Source: Cycas panzhihuaensis
Lineage: Eukaryota; Plantae; Cycadophyta
Assembly: GCA_023213395.1 (NCBI GenBank)
Contig: CM041465.1
Coordinates: 36,711,741 to 36,775,740 of the forward strand
DNA length: 64,000 bases
Direction: 5' to 3'
Part shown: positions 23,344 through 38,586 of the stretch, in pieces
Layout: every line of letters begins with the position of its first letter
Position numbering within the stretch: position 1 is the stretch's first letter
Made by a program: the position numbers and the translations under genes
Notes under the pieces: generated by a model
Seen by the model: the letters and a program-made list of their open reading frames with translations, nothing else
What the model was told of the DNA's origin: nothing
Databases searched by the model: none

Positions 23344-26300
23344 ATGATAGTAGTTTCTTGGAATGTAAGAGGGTTGGATTTGACCTCTTTAAAGCAAACC
23401 CTTAAGAAGAAAATCAAGAAATGAAGCCCTGATGTTATTCTTGTTTAAGAGAAAAATCTATTTAAAGGTAAATTAGAATTATAGAAGCATGGATGGATTG
23501 GCAATTCATATTGAATTATAAGCATTGGGGTCCATGATCAATTTGGAGGTATCATTATGTTATGGGATGACAAGACCCTTTGGTTAGTAGAGATGGTTAA
23601 AGGTAAGGATTGGTTAAGAATTAAGGTCTAAGTTTTAGGCAATGAAAAGGTGATTGATATCACTAATATATATGCCCTAAACCATTTCTTATTAGCTAAA
23701 GATTATTGGGCTAATATGTGATAGGATGGTAAGATAGGTAATTTCTAAAATTAGATCATTAGAGGTGATTTGAATATGGTACTACACTTAAATAAGAAAC
23801 ATAGAGGTTACTTTTTACTAAGCAACTAGGAAGAGACAATTAAGAATATAATGGAAGGTTAGTGGATCTAGAGCTAGTTAATGGAGTTTTCACGTAGACC
23901 AATAAAAGACATGACACATTAGTAATTATGGAAAGGTTTGATAGGGTTTTGGTCTTTGATTCACTTGTGTAATCTACTAAAATAAAAACTAGCATCCTAA
24001 TTAGGAGTAGACTAGACCACACCCCAATCCTCCTCAAGATATTAGGTATGTACACTCATAGAAAATCTCCTTTTAAGTTTAATCCAAGATTGATAAGTCA
24101 TCAAGAAGTTATACCTTAGATTAAGTAATGGTAGACTAAAGCCCAATTCTTAGGGAGAAAAATATAAAATTTTCAATTTGAACTATGATACATTAAGAGC
24201 AACCTTAGGCTTTGGTAATGTAACATTATGAATTAATCTAGGATGAAGCATCATTAGATAAAGGAGAAACTTAAGGCTTTAAATGAAAACATGGATGTAG
24301 GCTATGACACCCTAGCTGATAAAAGGAAAGAAGCAAATCTAATTAACAGACTAAAGTCCATTAAGAAAGATCGAAATGCTGTTATAAGACTTCATTCCCA
24401 TGTGTTGTGGATTAAGCAAGGGGACACTAACTCTTAAATTTTCCTTAAAGTAATAAAGATCCAATAGATGGAAAATAAGATGGTTGAGCTCTAAAAAATG
24501 TCAATCAAATTATTCATGTATAAGAAGATATATAATCAGAGATTAGAGATCATTTCACAACATTATTCATAGAAGACCAAGTAGATTGAGATTTTGCAGA
24601 ACTTGAGATGTTGAAATCCATCCCTAGGATGGTTTCTCTAAAGATAAGCTTCAATTTAACTAAATTAATTACCATGGATGAAGTGTGCCAGGTAATTTTT
24701 GAAATGCAACCTGACAAATCTTTAGGGTTAGATGGTCTTTAGGCTAACTTATTTTAAGCAATATGGTAGATCATTAAATTTAACCTACTCCAAATAATAA
24801 AAGAATCAAAGAGATGAGGGTGTATATGAGAGGCACTAAATTCAACCTTTTTAGCCCTAATTTTGAACGATAAGTGTGCATTTAACATGGATAGGTTTAG
24901 GCCTATCTCTTTATGTAACTTCCCATATAAAATTATCACTAGAGTTATGGCTAATAGGCTATAAAAAATTCTATCATCTTTGATTTTAGTTAAGCAAATT
25001 GGAGCAATGAAAGGAAGATAAAACATTGATTAAGTGATTATTGCTTAAGAGATTTTCCACTCATCTTATATTTCTAAAAGAAAGATGATGTTGGTTAAGC
25101 TTGATTATGTAAATGATTATGACCAACTTCATTAAGGATTCTTATTAAAGATCCTAGCTAAAATAGGGTTTGATGACTTATATATTAGTTGGATTTGGGA
25201 TTATATTATTCTCAGCTCTTGTTAATGGTTGTCCTACAAATTTCTTTAGTGCATCGAGGGGTATTAGATAGTGATGCACCCTATCATCTATACTATTTGT
25301 GATCATGGGAAAGGCCGTTAGTATAATATTATCTCAAGAGAGAATGAATAGATAATTATGCAGTGTTGTTATAATATCAAGTTTGGAATAAATCAACTAC
25401 ACTCAATTTATTAATGATGTGTTACTTTTTGGATATGCATCAGTGGGTGAGGTAAGTAAATTAAAAATTATTCTTGACTATTTTCACCTAGTATCTGGAG
25501 TTAAAATCAATTTAAAAAGTCCAAAGTCATAACTTTCAATTGCTCTAGTACCCTGTCTTCAAAGTTAAACCTAATTTTGGGGTTCTAATTACGTGAAAGT
25601 AAATAGTTTTTCACTTATCTTGGTGTTCCTATTGACCATAAGAAATAAAGAATAGCTCAATGGAAAGATGTTGTGGATTGTACTAGCCTTAGAATTAAGT
25701 ATTAAACTTCTAGATGGCTTTCCCTTACTGGTAGAGTTATTTTAGTAAAAATAGTATTAGGATTTATTCTAATTTATCTATTGCATACAAGCCATCCCTA
25801 TTGGGGTGATGGATATGTTGGAAAAGTAAGAAAGAGTTTTTTTATTGAAAGGTGCCTATGATACTATATGTAAGAAGTTCCATCTTGTCAAATTGGACAT
25901 AATATATATACCTAAGGACCATGGAGGGGTTAGGATTAGGCCCGTGACATGGGTTCCTCTTTTATATATAGCCAAGATCATTTGGAGAATGTTGATATAG
26001 AGTGGCCTTTGTGAATAAGTATTTGGGTTGAATGTAGCAAACTATCACAAACCCAAATACAAAGTTATACAAGGTAGGATCTCCAATATAGATAAAGATT
26101 TATGATAATATGGGTTTCTTTAATATAAGAATACTGTGGAAAATTAATGATGGCAGTAACATTGATGTGCAGTTGGACCCAATTTAGGGGTCATGATCGA
26201 TCTCCTATAACACTTCAATTATAGGCCTTTAAATATGGTCTAGAATAAAAGGGATATATATGGTCAATAGATTCTTTAAAAAAGGGTAAGATGAGGAATC

Positions 26301-27506
26301 ACCATGGACTATAAAATGGGTAGAAGATTGGCCAAGAATTCCTTACTTCCTCCATCTAGAATATGAGCATCTCAAGTTGATGATTACACAATAAAGGATT
26401 AGAATCTAGGAAGGAGAAGATGAGTATATGTGGAGGCCTTATTCAGGTCTAAGAATATATATAATTAAGGATGTATATAGATTAATGCAGGTGGAGAAGA
26501 TTTTCTCAAGTCCTCTAAGAGCTATGTGTTGTAGACAGTTATGTGGTAACCTATTAATCCCTAAAATAGATTTTATTTTTTGGCTTGTAATGTATAAAGC
26601 TATTTTTACCTTAAAAATTTATACAAAAGAGGGATCATTAATCTATCCATATGTATACTATAAAAAAGTGATGTAGAGAGTACAGAGCATTTGTTCTTGA
26701 ATTTCTCTTTTACTCTTAAAGTATGGAGATGGTTATGGAAGCTTCTACATTACTCATCCCCTCAGATCAATGATAATAAGAACATAGTGTACCTTGATAT
26801 AATGTAGGTAGGTAAGTGCCCCTTTCAACTTAATGGTAAATCAATCATCTAGCAAATTTAGATTCTCATACCTCACATAGTTTACTAGTGTATTTGGTTA
26901 TCTTAAAATAAAGTTATTTTTCAAGGAAAATCATATTCAATACTTACCTATTGATTTTACATCATTAAGATATTAAGGTATATTACTAAAGCCCACAACC
27001 TAGTTGCTCCCTTTCTGATGGAGAAAGTAAGTTGATGGTTGAGCTATATATTAGTGTTGAGAATGTTGTACCTAGTGACCATAAGGTTGAGGATAAGCTA
27101 GCTTGGAGAAAAAATCATTACCATCTTTTCTTTAGGTCAAATCAAAGTGTGGGGTGTTATCAGAGATCCTAATGGGAACATGCTTACTAAGTATATTAAG
27201 GGATTAGGGATCACCTCTAATAACAAAGCAAAACTATTGACTTTAATCAGAGGTCTAGTGCTAGTATCAAAATCCAAAATCAAGAGGATAAAAGTTATAG
27301 GAGATTTTAAGTTGGTGATTAAGGTTGTGATGAACAATAGAGTACCAGGTAGTATCCACTTAAAGTCTCTCTTTTGTGAAGTCATGGGTATAACATAAAG
27401 ATTTTGGAGTACTGCCTTCTAATACATTTCATGCTGAACTAATAATTGTGTAAATGATTTGGCTAATAAGGGAGTGACTCTAATGATAGGCAAAGTTGAT
27501 TGTTAG
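23344..27506 (+). pseudogene. L1 ORF2 (APE endonuclease, RT, zf-RVT, RNase H)
   Basis: MIVVSWNVRGL, ITNIYALN, RGDLN, DHTPILL, WIKQGDTNS, FRPISLCNFPYKII, QFINDVLLF, YLGVP, PKDHGGV, GVIRDPNG...SNNKAKL...IGDFKLVI...NDLANKG; many stops. Confidence 0.92.
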
Positions 27507-29779
27507 AGTTTCATGATTCCTCATAACAAGCCTAAGTGGGATGGAGTGGCCTTTGTGAATTAAAACTAATTGATTAGTCTAGAAGGACTATGTAGATTCT
27601 TTTAGTAGCATGATTATGAGATATTTACTTCTTTGGATGGCCATGTTGGTTCTTTAGTATAATTGAGTGGAAGTCTCATTTGGCATGAAGGTGTATGATG
27701 GTAGTCTATTAACATATGTTGGTAGTCTAATAGTAAGTGATGGTGTCACTTGTTGTTGTTTGTAACTTCTCTTTCGATAGTGTGATTAACTTAGAGAGAT
27801 GGTCATTATGATGGTTTCTCTAAATGTTTGGATGTATTTCATATGGTTATTGTGGATTGGCGTCATTAAGTGCATTGATTATAATTATTAAGAGATGATA
27901 TTTTTATTTTAGCTACTTAGATCTAATGAGCATGTAATTTGTGGTGTTAGTGATCAATACACATAATTGATTAGTGAGTATGGATCAACTTGGCTTGACC
28001 AACCCATCTATGTCTAGTAGATTGACTAAGTTATATTTGACTTCTTTTATTCTCTACTCAGCATTGAGGCATGGGTTGGATAGTATGCTAATTTGGTTGA
28101 TAGTTATAAATGTTATTTTTAGCGATTTTCTACATGTTAAGATTGATGTCCTTGTGATGGATAACAATTGAAATATTAACATATTTCAACCAAAGTAGTA
28201 AGTGGATCTATTTGTTTGGTATGTTTAAAATGGTTAGTAAAGATAACTTTATTGTGTTAATGAAGGTTCATTTTTTGTTGATGCTCATGGCGATCATTTT
28301 CCCATATTGGTCATGATATGTTAATGCTTTGTTGGAAAGGCAATGATGGAAGTGACAATTTCTTTGTTATGAGTTGGGATTTTCTCTCTATCATCAGTAG
28401 GTCAATCCACTATTTTTATTGGCAAGGTCTGTATCACTTGGTGCTTAGGAGGATGGTTAGTTGGGTGGGCTTTCATTGGCTTATTTATGTTTGTAGGCCA
28501 AATGTAAGAATGTGGATTTGGGATTAAAATCCTCTAATCGTGTTGCCATGTTTTGTTGTCTCCTCTCTTATCATCAACATGATGATTCATGTGGATTGAC
28601 TAATCAGCTCTTAATTCAATAGATTAGTCATCATACATTGTGTTTTACATTAGTTAAAGGGTTGTTAGTGGCCTTTGGGAGCCTGTATATGGATAGATTT
28701 ATGATCATCAATTTCCTTTTTTTATCAATGTTTAATATTTATAAACCTTGTATTTTTTTTTTAAATGATAAGTGTGATTTAGAGTTTATGGTGGATCGAC
28801 ATTGTTGGTCAATTTACCTTTTTAGAATTTTGGATTGGAGTCTAGTCTAGTATGTTTAAGGCAATTCATAGCATCTAGACAGTGAGGTGGTCGACCCTCT
28901 ATTTGATTGGATATATATGTAGGTATTGAGCATAGGGCTATGGTAGGATAGGGTTCGCATGGGGAAAGTGAGGGCCTATTCTCCGTTCACAAGGTTATGA
29001 TAATAACAGTGGAGTTTTGGTCTTGATGGTCACTACTTCTATAAGGTTTTAATGGTGGTGAGAGATTTTAGTATTGGTTGTCTAGCATGACATTGTCTAG
29101 GAGGCATGGGTATGAATATACAACATCTGGAATGTCCTATTGGTGGCATGGATGGATGTATATCACTACTAGTAAGGCTGTGCATAATGAGTCAAAGCTT
29201 GAGGCATAATTAGTGGTGGTATTTGGCATGCAAGTTGCATTATGGTGTAGTGTTAGAATGCCTAGCAGCCATGGCTTTATGTCTTCTCTAACCAAGTAGT
29301 TTTTGGTGGTGCTAACGTGGTATGTGGGTTTTATGTTTGGGGGGTGTGCTTTTTCATGATATTAATGGTGGTATTGTATAGTTTATCATCACTTAAGTGT
29401 GTTTGAAAGAATATACAACTTTGTTACAATTATAGTATAGGACCTAATGTTATGAGCAGTTAAGAGATTAATTGTTTGGTGACTATATACATCTTTAATA
29501 ACTTTGGATAACTTTATTCTTTTAGAGGAGGTTGAGAAAGTTCTTATTAGTTCCTCTGAAGTGGGTGAGGCCAGGTACAAGTCTTAGGTAATTTTGGCAT
29601 AATAGTTCCCGCTATCCCATGGCATCTTACGTAAAATGGCAACCACACTTTACGAGGATTTTACTTATAAGAAAAAAAAAGGCTATTAGGTGGTCCCTTT
29701 GTTAAATATAAATAAATAAATAAAATATAAATATTACATAAATTATAAATTTAAAATACATATAATATAGATATATAAG

Positions 29780-29781
<2 letters not shown>

Positions 29782-29822
<41 letters not shown>
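29782..29822. repeat. (AT)n microsatellite between the tails of two opposed LINEs
   Basis: About 20 uninterrupted AT units. Confidence 0.95.
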
Positions 29823-29825
<3 letters not shown>

Positions 29826-29829
29826 GAAA

Positions 29830-32609
29830 GAATTATATTTAAATATAATAAAAATAAACAATAGAGATATAAGAAAAACACTCCTTCAAAAGGAGAATAG
29901 GAGAATAAAGGATGAATCTTTAGGACTATATTAGATCATACATTTTTCTATTTTCCATTTTTTTCGTATATTCTTGAAATGTATATTTTCCTTCTCATTC
30001 CATCCTGTTGGTAAAAGCTTAAGTTGCAGCTCAATAGAAACAAAGAGGGCATCAACCATTCTTAAAACTATTTCTAGTCAATAATAATCCTAATTACCCT
30101 TAGAATATGAATCTCCTATGGCTCTTCCTCTATTATTGTAGTGTCCTTTTCTAAAGCTTGGAAAAATGGTTCCTTTGATTTCTAAGTTGGTGATCTCTTC
30201 TAAGTTTATGTTTAACTTATTTTCTCCTAAGTGGCTTTCTGCTTATATATTTGGTGTAAGGTTTACTACCTCAATTTCCTCTCTTCTAACATGCATGAAG
30301 TTTAATTTCCTAAAATACCAACCCAAGATAATTATTTCCTCTAGGATTGAGGTGATTCTCTATCTTTAGTTTTTAACTTTAATCCTCAGTATTTGGAGCA
30401 TATCAATTGCAAGCTTAGAGTCGCCTTCCAAACAAACTCTTTCTGCCCTAAAAATCTTTATATCCTTCAAAATAACTAATGTTGTCATAGTTTTAACTAT
30501 AAAGTTTATGGTCTCTCTGATGTTTAGAGAAAAAATATGCTTGTCTTTTCCAACATGGTCTTTGATTATACCCTCGTGCTTGCCCTACCTAAGTTACCCT
30601 TAGATGCAACATTGAAGTTTGCTTTGAATACATATTCCTAAGGAGGCTCCCAATGACTCTAACTTCTCTCCAATATACTTTCCAAATATTGATAAAATTT
30701 TATTTTTTTTCTACTCTTATTAGCTTTATTTTTATTTCTTCCTCCCTAGACCAAGATACATCTTCTTTCTCTCGTGCTTTAGCTTTAATAGTCTTAACTA
30801 TATTCCTAATGATTTTTGAATGATGTAAATTATCTCCAAGGCCAAGTTCCTAAAGGTTCGTTCATTCTACTTCTTTTGTAAATTCTACATTAAGAATCCA
30901 AGGACTAGGTCGCATCCTCTCTTAAGGGTCCATAATCCCTCTTTATTATTCCTTCATCCTTCTAGAAATTCTTAAATCTTGTTTCCTCTCTTAATTAGGA
31001 ATATAAAGATGAGTTCCATATGATTCTAATATTATTTTCTAACTCTGCAATTTAAAAGGAGATGATTAATGTCTTCTTCTAAATTTGCATAGACTACACA
31101 TAATGAAGGTCTCATCATTCCTCTCTTTCTTAAATTTTCCCACATTAGGATAATATTATAAGAGACTAGCCATAATAAGGCAAATACTTTAGGCCATAGG
31201 TCCCAAATTCTAAATTTTCTTCCATAACCCCTCTTTTGCAACATAAAAATTATACTCCTCTCTTCTATAACATAAAAATTGTAAGCTTGTTTGATTGAGA
31301 AGTTACCTTCTTAATTTGAGCCACATCTAAGAATATATAATCTAGATCTAGTAAGGACTCTTTTTAGGAGAATGTCCTAAAGTCTCTCTTTCTCCTCCTT
31401 AGGTAATTCTTGCAACTAATTATTTAGCATTATCCGTAATCTGTTAATAGTATTCACTACATCATCATTTGCTAGTTTCAACTATCAAATAGTCTTTAAC
31501 TTTAATCCATCCCACTCTCCAAAAAACCTCTTTAGCATTGGCCAAGATAGGTTAGCTTATGAGAGGCTCAAATTCATGCCATAAGTCTTCCTAAAATAAG
31601 GCTTTCTCCTCATTCCTAATCTCCCAAAAGCTATTAGTCTGTAGAACATCTATGCTTTGAATAACCCCATTCCAGATAATTGGTCTTCATGGGGGATCAA
31701 GAAGTCTAATTATATCTTCTCAATCCAAAAGGATAGTATACTTTTCCTTCTATATTTGAGCCTGTAACACTGATTTCTCTTTTAACCATCTCCATAGTAA
31801 TTTGCCATTAAGGGCCTTATTAAAGGCCTTTAGGAATTTGATATTAAGCCCCCCTCCAGTCTTTACAAGTACATACCTTCTTCCATGACATCATATGCCA
31901 TTTCTTTTCTAATTGTAAACCGTCCTATAAAAAATTTCTTTTGAAGGTTTTTAATATCCTTAGTTATCCTAAAAGGAGTAGCCAAAGTTAAGAATGTGTA
32001 AATAGGTGTGGCTTAAAGGATCAATCTAATGAACGCTATTCTACCTACAAGAGTAAGATGTTGGAAGTTACATTTTTCTAATTTAGAGTTAATGTTACTA
32101 ATAATCTCCTCTTAAGCATTATTTCTGTAGAGGTTTTCTATAAGAAGTATACCCAGGTATTTATCTTAAAGAGCAACTATAGGAAATTTTATAAACTTAT
32201 TGATGTTCTTATATATTTAGAGATGTGTATTAATAAAGAAGAATTTTAATTTTTTCTCATTAATCATTTTGCCAAAGGCTTGAAGAAAGGTGTTAACAAC
32301 ACTTTTCAAGGCTTTAGCTTCTACTATTAAAGTTGTTCCCATTAGTAAGGTGTTATCAACAAACTATAAGTAAGAAACTGACTCTAAATTTTATGTAAGT
32401 TTAATCCATTTAATTTGATTCTTTTGTGCCACCTTAGTAATTAGTCTTCACAAAAGCTCCACCATGAGGATGAAGAGGTAGGGATATAAAGGGTCTCCTT
32501 GTCTTATCTCGCTAAAAAGCATAAATGGTTAGTTATGAGCATTATTAACTAGGACCCAAAAGGAGATTGAAGAAATATAGTTATGAACCTAATCTAACCA
32601 TCTCTTATC
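29830..32609 (-). mobile_element. Minus-strand L1, 3' segment (RT C-terminal half, zf-RVT, RNase H, 3' UTR)
   Basis: RQGDPLYPYLFILM, FVDNTLL, YLGILL, GGLNI...FNKAL.GKLLWRW, WPKVFALLWLV...EEDINHLLLNC, VCLEGDSKLAID. Confidence 0.9.
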
Positions 32610-32964
32610 TGATGGAATTAGGGGACATAGGAAATAGAGAGAATGTATAAGAGGGTTAAGCATCAACCTAATAGAGCGGTGCTATTGATGAATACCAAGG
32701 TCTTCAAACCCCATGAATAAATAGATAGGATATAAGTGAGATGTAGCATACAACTCAATGTTCACCATTGACTAACGTTGATAAATGTCAGAAAGGATGT
32801 CGCCAATATCTGATAGGGTGTGGTTGAGTGTGGCTAGGGTCTAAGATAGAGCTACCATGATATCTTTACCAATATTTAAGTTATTATCCTAATATGGGCA
32901 ATTAACCGAGGGTGTATATGAGCCCTGATGGGCATTATTCCAATATTTCTCCTCTATAATACCC

Positions 32965-35900
32965 ATTTAGGGAGACTTTAAGTTTATCTATGAAATTGAT
33001 AAATTTTATCTTACTAAGTACCTTTGTAAATATATCTACCACTTATTCTTTTATGTTACAATAAATTAGTTCAAGCTTACATTGTTATACCAATTCTTTA
33101 ATGAAGTGATACTTCATTTCAATATGCTTTATCCTACCATGAAACACTGGATTTTGAGTCATCTGAATTGTGTGTTAGTTATCAAAAAGTGGTTGAGTGG
33201 GACCAACCTATTTTTCCTATAAATCATATAGTAATCTTCTAAGTCAAACTATTATACATGCTCCTACTATAACTACTTTATACTCTACTTCTGTAGTAGA
33301 TAGAGATATTATAGTATGTTTCTTTGAACTCCATGTAACTACAACTGAACCCAAATTGAATGTATAACTAGAGGTAGATTTCTTGTCATCTACATAACTT
33401 ATTTGGCCTGAGTTTATATATCCAACCAATTTATAGTCCCCTAATGACTAGTAATTTAATCCATATCTAACTGTACCTTTTTGATACCTAAAAATTCTCT
33501 TGGATGCTTGCCAATATTTTACCCTACACTTATGCATGAATCTAGAAACCACATTGACTATATATGTGATATCTAGTTGAGTTGAAGTTTAGTAAATTAG
33601 GCTTCTAATTAATTACCTATAGAGTGTAGAATTAACTGATTCTTCAAACTTGGATAACTTCATCATAACTTCTTTTGGAGTTGTAAGTGGCTTATAACTA
33701 CTCATGTTAAACTTGTGTAATAAGTACAATGCACATTTCCTTTAATAGACAAATATCCCATTTTCATCTTACCAACTTCTATGCCTAAGAAGTAATGTAT
33801 TAGTCCCAAGTTTGATAACTTAAATTCCTTGCACATATCCTTTTAAAATTTTTGGGATAAATGAACATTATTCTTAATATATACTAGGTCATCAACATAT
33901 AAATCCATAATAAGTATGGATCTTCCTTCTATCTTAATATATAAATTAGGATTAGATTGACTTCTTTGGAATCCCTTATCCTTAAAATATTTATCGATCA
34001 TAGAGGACCATGCTCTAATTACTTGTTGAAGTCCATACAAGGTCTTTTTAAGTTTATAGAGCTTGTTTTCTTTATCTTTCACTTCAAAACTTTTTGTTGT
34101 TAGACATATATCTCTTCATCCATATAACCATTTAAGAAAGTACTTTTTACATCTATTTGGTGAACTATCCAACCTTGTTGCATAGCTAAAACCATTATTA
34201 ATATAATTATTTATAGCCTTGCAATTGGTACAAATATTTCATTATAATCTATGCCCTCAATTTAAGTATATGCCTTAGTAACTAACCTTACCTTATACTT
34301 GTCAAATGTTTCATTTGATTTATATTTGGTTTTATAGACCCATTTAGTTCCAATAGTATTTTTATTTAGTGGTAGATCCACTAACTCCTATGTCTTATTT
34401 TTTACTAAGGCATTATACTCCTCTTTCATTGCTTGCTTCCATTCATCTTGAGTATTAACCTCTTCAAAGTTATGAAGCTCATTAGACTCCATAACATGAG
34501 TCATCAATGCAAAATTCACCCCTTAAGATCTTGTAGTCCTTCTCTCAAAGTTGGTGTCCAAAATATTTAAAAGGTTATGTGCCCTTTGTACCCACATAAG
34601 TACCCTTTGATTTGAAGTAGAGGGGCCTACTTCATCTATATTAGGTACATTTATACCCTTAGAATTTGATTCCACTTTAACCATGATATTTTTCTCTTTA
34701 TCTTTCTCAATTATTTCTTCTTAATAGAATTCATCTTTTTTAAAGATGACATCCTTGCTTATAATCATCTTTTTATCTTTTAGATCATAAAATTTATAGG
34801 ATCTAAAAAAGTCACTATATCCTATAAAGATACATTTGATGCTCTTATCATCCAACTTAGTTATTCGCTAATATAGAATATGTGCATAAGCTATGCACTA
34901 AAAAATCCTTAAGTATTTAATACTTTGATTATATCCTATCCAAGCTTTTTCTGGTATAACCCACTTAACTGCCTTGGTGGTACACTTCTACCAAAAACTC
35001 ATTTCCTAAATATATATCTTTAAGCATACTCCTTGTTATTTCCATAATTATTCTGTTCTTTCTTTTAGTAACCCATTTTGCTATGGGATATAAGGATTAG
35101 TGAGTTGTTTTCTTATGCCACAATTATTGTAATAAGCCTTGAACTCATTTGAAATGAATTCTCCTCTATTATTTGATCTTAGGATTAGAATTCTAAGTTC
35201 ACTTTGCCTCTTCACCAAAGTTTTGAAGTCCATAAAGCATTATAGAGTATCTGATTTGAATTTGATGAAGTAGACCCATGTCATCCTTATAAAGTCATCA
35301 ATAAAAGTCATAAAGTACTTAGCACTTCCAAGTGAGGGCACATCCATTAGACTATATAGATCTATATACATTAATTAAAGGGACCCATTGACCCTATAAC
35401 TTTCATTAGGAAAATCTTCCTTATATTATTTTCTAAGTATGTATTCTTCACAAAGTTCTTTACTAGGTTCAATGGTAGGAAATCTAATTGCCATATCCAT
35501 TCTTTTCATTAAGACCAAACTATTGTAATTTACATGGTCAAGTCTTTTATACCGTATTTGATTGTCCACATTTGTTGATACCTTTAAGGCATAATAATCT
35601 ATTAGGGGTATGCATACTTTTAATAACCTGTCATTACCCATTTGTCCTTTGGCTATAACTACCTTGTTCCTTAATTTATCCTTGATAGTACATTCCCTAT
35701 TATCAAAGACCGCTTTATATTTTTATCCCATCATTTGATCCACTAAAAGTAAGTTCTTCTTAAGTGTTAGAACATGTAATACATCATTTATGCTCTAGTT
35801 TCTCCAAGATTAGTTATTATAGAGATATTTCCTTTTTAATAGCTGCTTAAGTGGCTTTATCCCCAAACATAATTTTACTTTTCTTAGAGTTATCCAACTC

Positions 35901-37076
35901 TTTAAACCACTCTTCCTTATGTGTCATATATGTAAAACACCTTGAATCGATATACTAGTTATCTTATTTCTCATTGGCAATAAAGCTTGAAAGAAATAAT
36001 CCATCATTTTGCATTTCCTCCATAATTGTGTTAGTTGTTCCTCTTTGTTAATTCAACCTTTTTATAAAATAATTTTCTTCTAAGTAACTATTCTTATAAT
36101 AGTAGGAATATTAAAGGGTTCCTCTACCCCTTAGGCGTCTACCTCTTTGTCCTTGGTTTCTCCCTGTAGGACTTTGACCTCTTCCTCTTCCTTGAGGTCT
36201 ATAGTTTTGGCCTTGACCTTGGCCTTGGATAATATTTTTAATCTTGGTGTTGATTTTACCCTTGATAAAATTGATTTGGGCCTTATCCTTGATAGTTACT
36301 TTGACCTTTTTGCTTGAAAACCTTGATAATAACTTTGGAAGCCTTGACTTTATTCCTTAAACTAGTTTCTTGGTTGGCCTCTACCTCTAGGGGATTGACC
36401 TCTTTCCCTAGAACTTTATCCTTGGTAATTAGGTCAAATTTTTATCTTAGTGATAAAGGGATGCTTAAGGGAGTCACTTCTCCCTTTCTTCTCTTCAACT
36501 GCTAGAAATATAGCACTTAGTTGATCTATTTTGAGGGTGCTAAGATCTTTAGAAACTTCTATACTAATGGTTGTCATTTTAAAATGCTTGTTATCACTTA
36601 CACACCTTAAAATTTCTTCAACTACTCTTTATTCACTAATTATCTCACCTAAGGATCTCATTTGGTTAATTAATCCTTGGACCTTAGTAATAAAATCATT
36701 AACTTCTTCATAGGTTATCATCCTTAGATTTTTAAATCTGCTTCTTAAAGTTTAAAATTTTGATGATGTTGCTCCTTTGTATGTCGTCTTGAGTGTGTGC
36801 CAAGCCTCCTTTGATGTCGTAGCTTCACTAACCAATGAGAAGATATGGTCCTCCAATTCATAAAATATAAGTGCAAGTGCCTCATTATCTTTATTTATTC
36901 TCCTTAAAGTACTTCTTCTCATCCTCCTTGGCATCTTCATTAAGAAATCTATAACTTGTATCAATAAGTTCCTACATATCTTTGGCAATAAAGATTAGCT
37001 TCATTTTCCTACTTCAATTAAGAAAATTTATGTAATTAAATTTAGGCACCATCACATTTCCAATATTCAATTCCAT
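32965..37076 (-). pseudogene. Copia gag-pol remnant
   Basis: gag (ATTSKEAWHTLK), protease (YIDSRCFTHMT), GAG-pre-integrase (KRLDHVNY), integrase (FIDDFIRMTWVYF), RT (LYKLKKTLYGL, LYVDDL), RNase H (WSSKK..ISLSTTEVEY). Confidence 0.92.
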
Positions 37077-38497
37077 GGTAAAAAGAGATTGCCTTGAGAA
37101 ATAACCTTTAAAATGTAAAGTGCTTAAAATAAAGTGTAATGAAGGCACTCAAAAGTAATAAAAGGGGTTCTTAAAAGTAATAAGATATGTCCCAATTCAC
37201 CTCCAGTACTATTAGGACTTAACCATCTCAAAGATAATATTTTGTATTAGTGAGAGCTTATAAATTAAATTTTGACTAGTTCATATAAGGGTCATCATAT
37301 AGGAAGCCCTCAACTAGTGCTATTTTTTAGCATAAAAAGGTTACATAAGATGCCTTCAAAAAATTTTGAAGTGTTAACCACTCAACAGAGGATAGAAAAT
37401 AAACTATGATGCCTTAAGTAAGACTTAATTATGATATCAAATGATCAAGATATATATTAAAATATTTATAGAAAAATTAACCTTTTAATATTAAAGACTC
37501 AAATAAATTTTGCATCAACTTATACTATTAAAAGGTACATCAAATTAAAACAAAATATGGTTATGTGACTACTTGTTTCAATTAGGTGAAAATGAACTCT
37601 AATCTAAAGTTGATAGAACCAACTTTTTACTTTATTGTTATTATGGCTACCATAGTAGAGGTAGGTCCTATTTTTTAACAACTTTAAAAAAAGACTTGGC
37701 CCCCTTTGAAAAATTGATTCTTGGTCACTTTTCTTTACAATGTGACCTATAGTGGATCTTTCTGGGATGATAACAAAGTACTTATTTGCATAAGATTATC
37801 AACAACTCAAATGTGGGACCCACAACAATAATTAGCCCTCTTAACATATACAATAAAAAAAAAGTATATTAATACAAACAAATCTATTAAGCAGATGAAC
37901 TACTGTAGACATAATTTGCATGCATAGAATTCTCGATTACAAAGATCAATTATACACTTAAGAACATTGTGGTTACAAATGTATTTAGTGTCAAACTTCA
38001 AGGGAACAGCCATATTGATGTGAAGTATGGGTGTAAATATTTGGACGATGCAAATAATAATATGGGGCTCCTTAAATATATTTAAATTTTTTTGAAATGA
38101 GAGCCGCCATGGGACATAAAACTATGGAGTTTAATATTTACAAATAATTATAAACTTTTGAAAAAATAATCAGTCACAAAAGTCTATGATATAGACACAA
38201 AAACTTCAATCAAAGGGCATAAATATTTAATAATTATGCAGCCTTAAAAGGGTGAATTTCACATTAAATAAAAGACAACTATAATATATATTCACTACAA
38301 CCTATTAAATATGAATTATTAATTTCAATACGCAGATAGCATAGAACAAATGCAGTTTTCCTGAATGTAAGGATGCACTATGTTCTATATGAATATTTTT
38401 GTAGAACCTGCAATAATAATAATGTATACTGGCAAACGACGTAGGTATAGATCGCAACCAACAGAAGGAGATAAGGATGATTGGACGAGGATAATGA

Positions 38498-38501
<4 letters not shown>

Positions 38502-38583
<82 letters not shown>
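38502..38583. repeat. (GA)41 microsatellite in the Copia leader
   Basis: Uninterrupted GA run; explains several spurious ORFs in the track. Confidence 0.97.

Positions 38584-38586
<3 letters not shown>

Larger units (their letters stand above)
17490..29680 (+). mobile_element. Degenerate 5'-truncated L1 LINE with RNase H and a long 3' region; ORF1 remnant interrupted by the 17835-22833 element
   Basis: ORF2 motifs from 23344 onward; ~2 kb non-coding tail ending in a hairpin and an A-tract (29672-29680). The 5' boundary is approximate. Confidence 0.75.
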
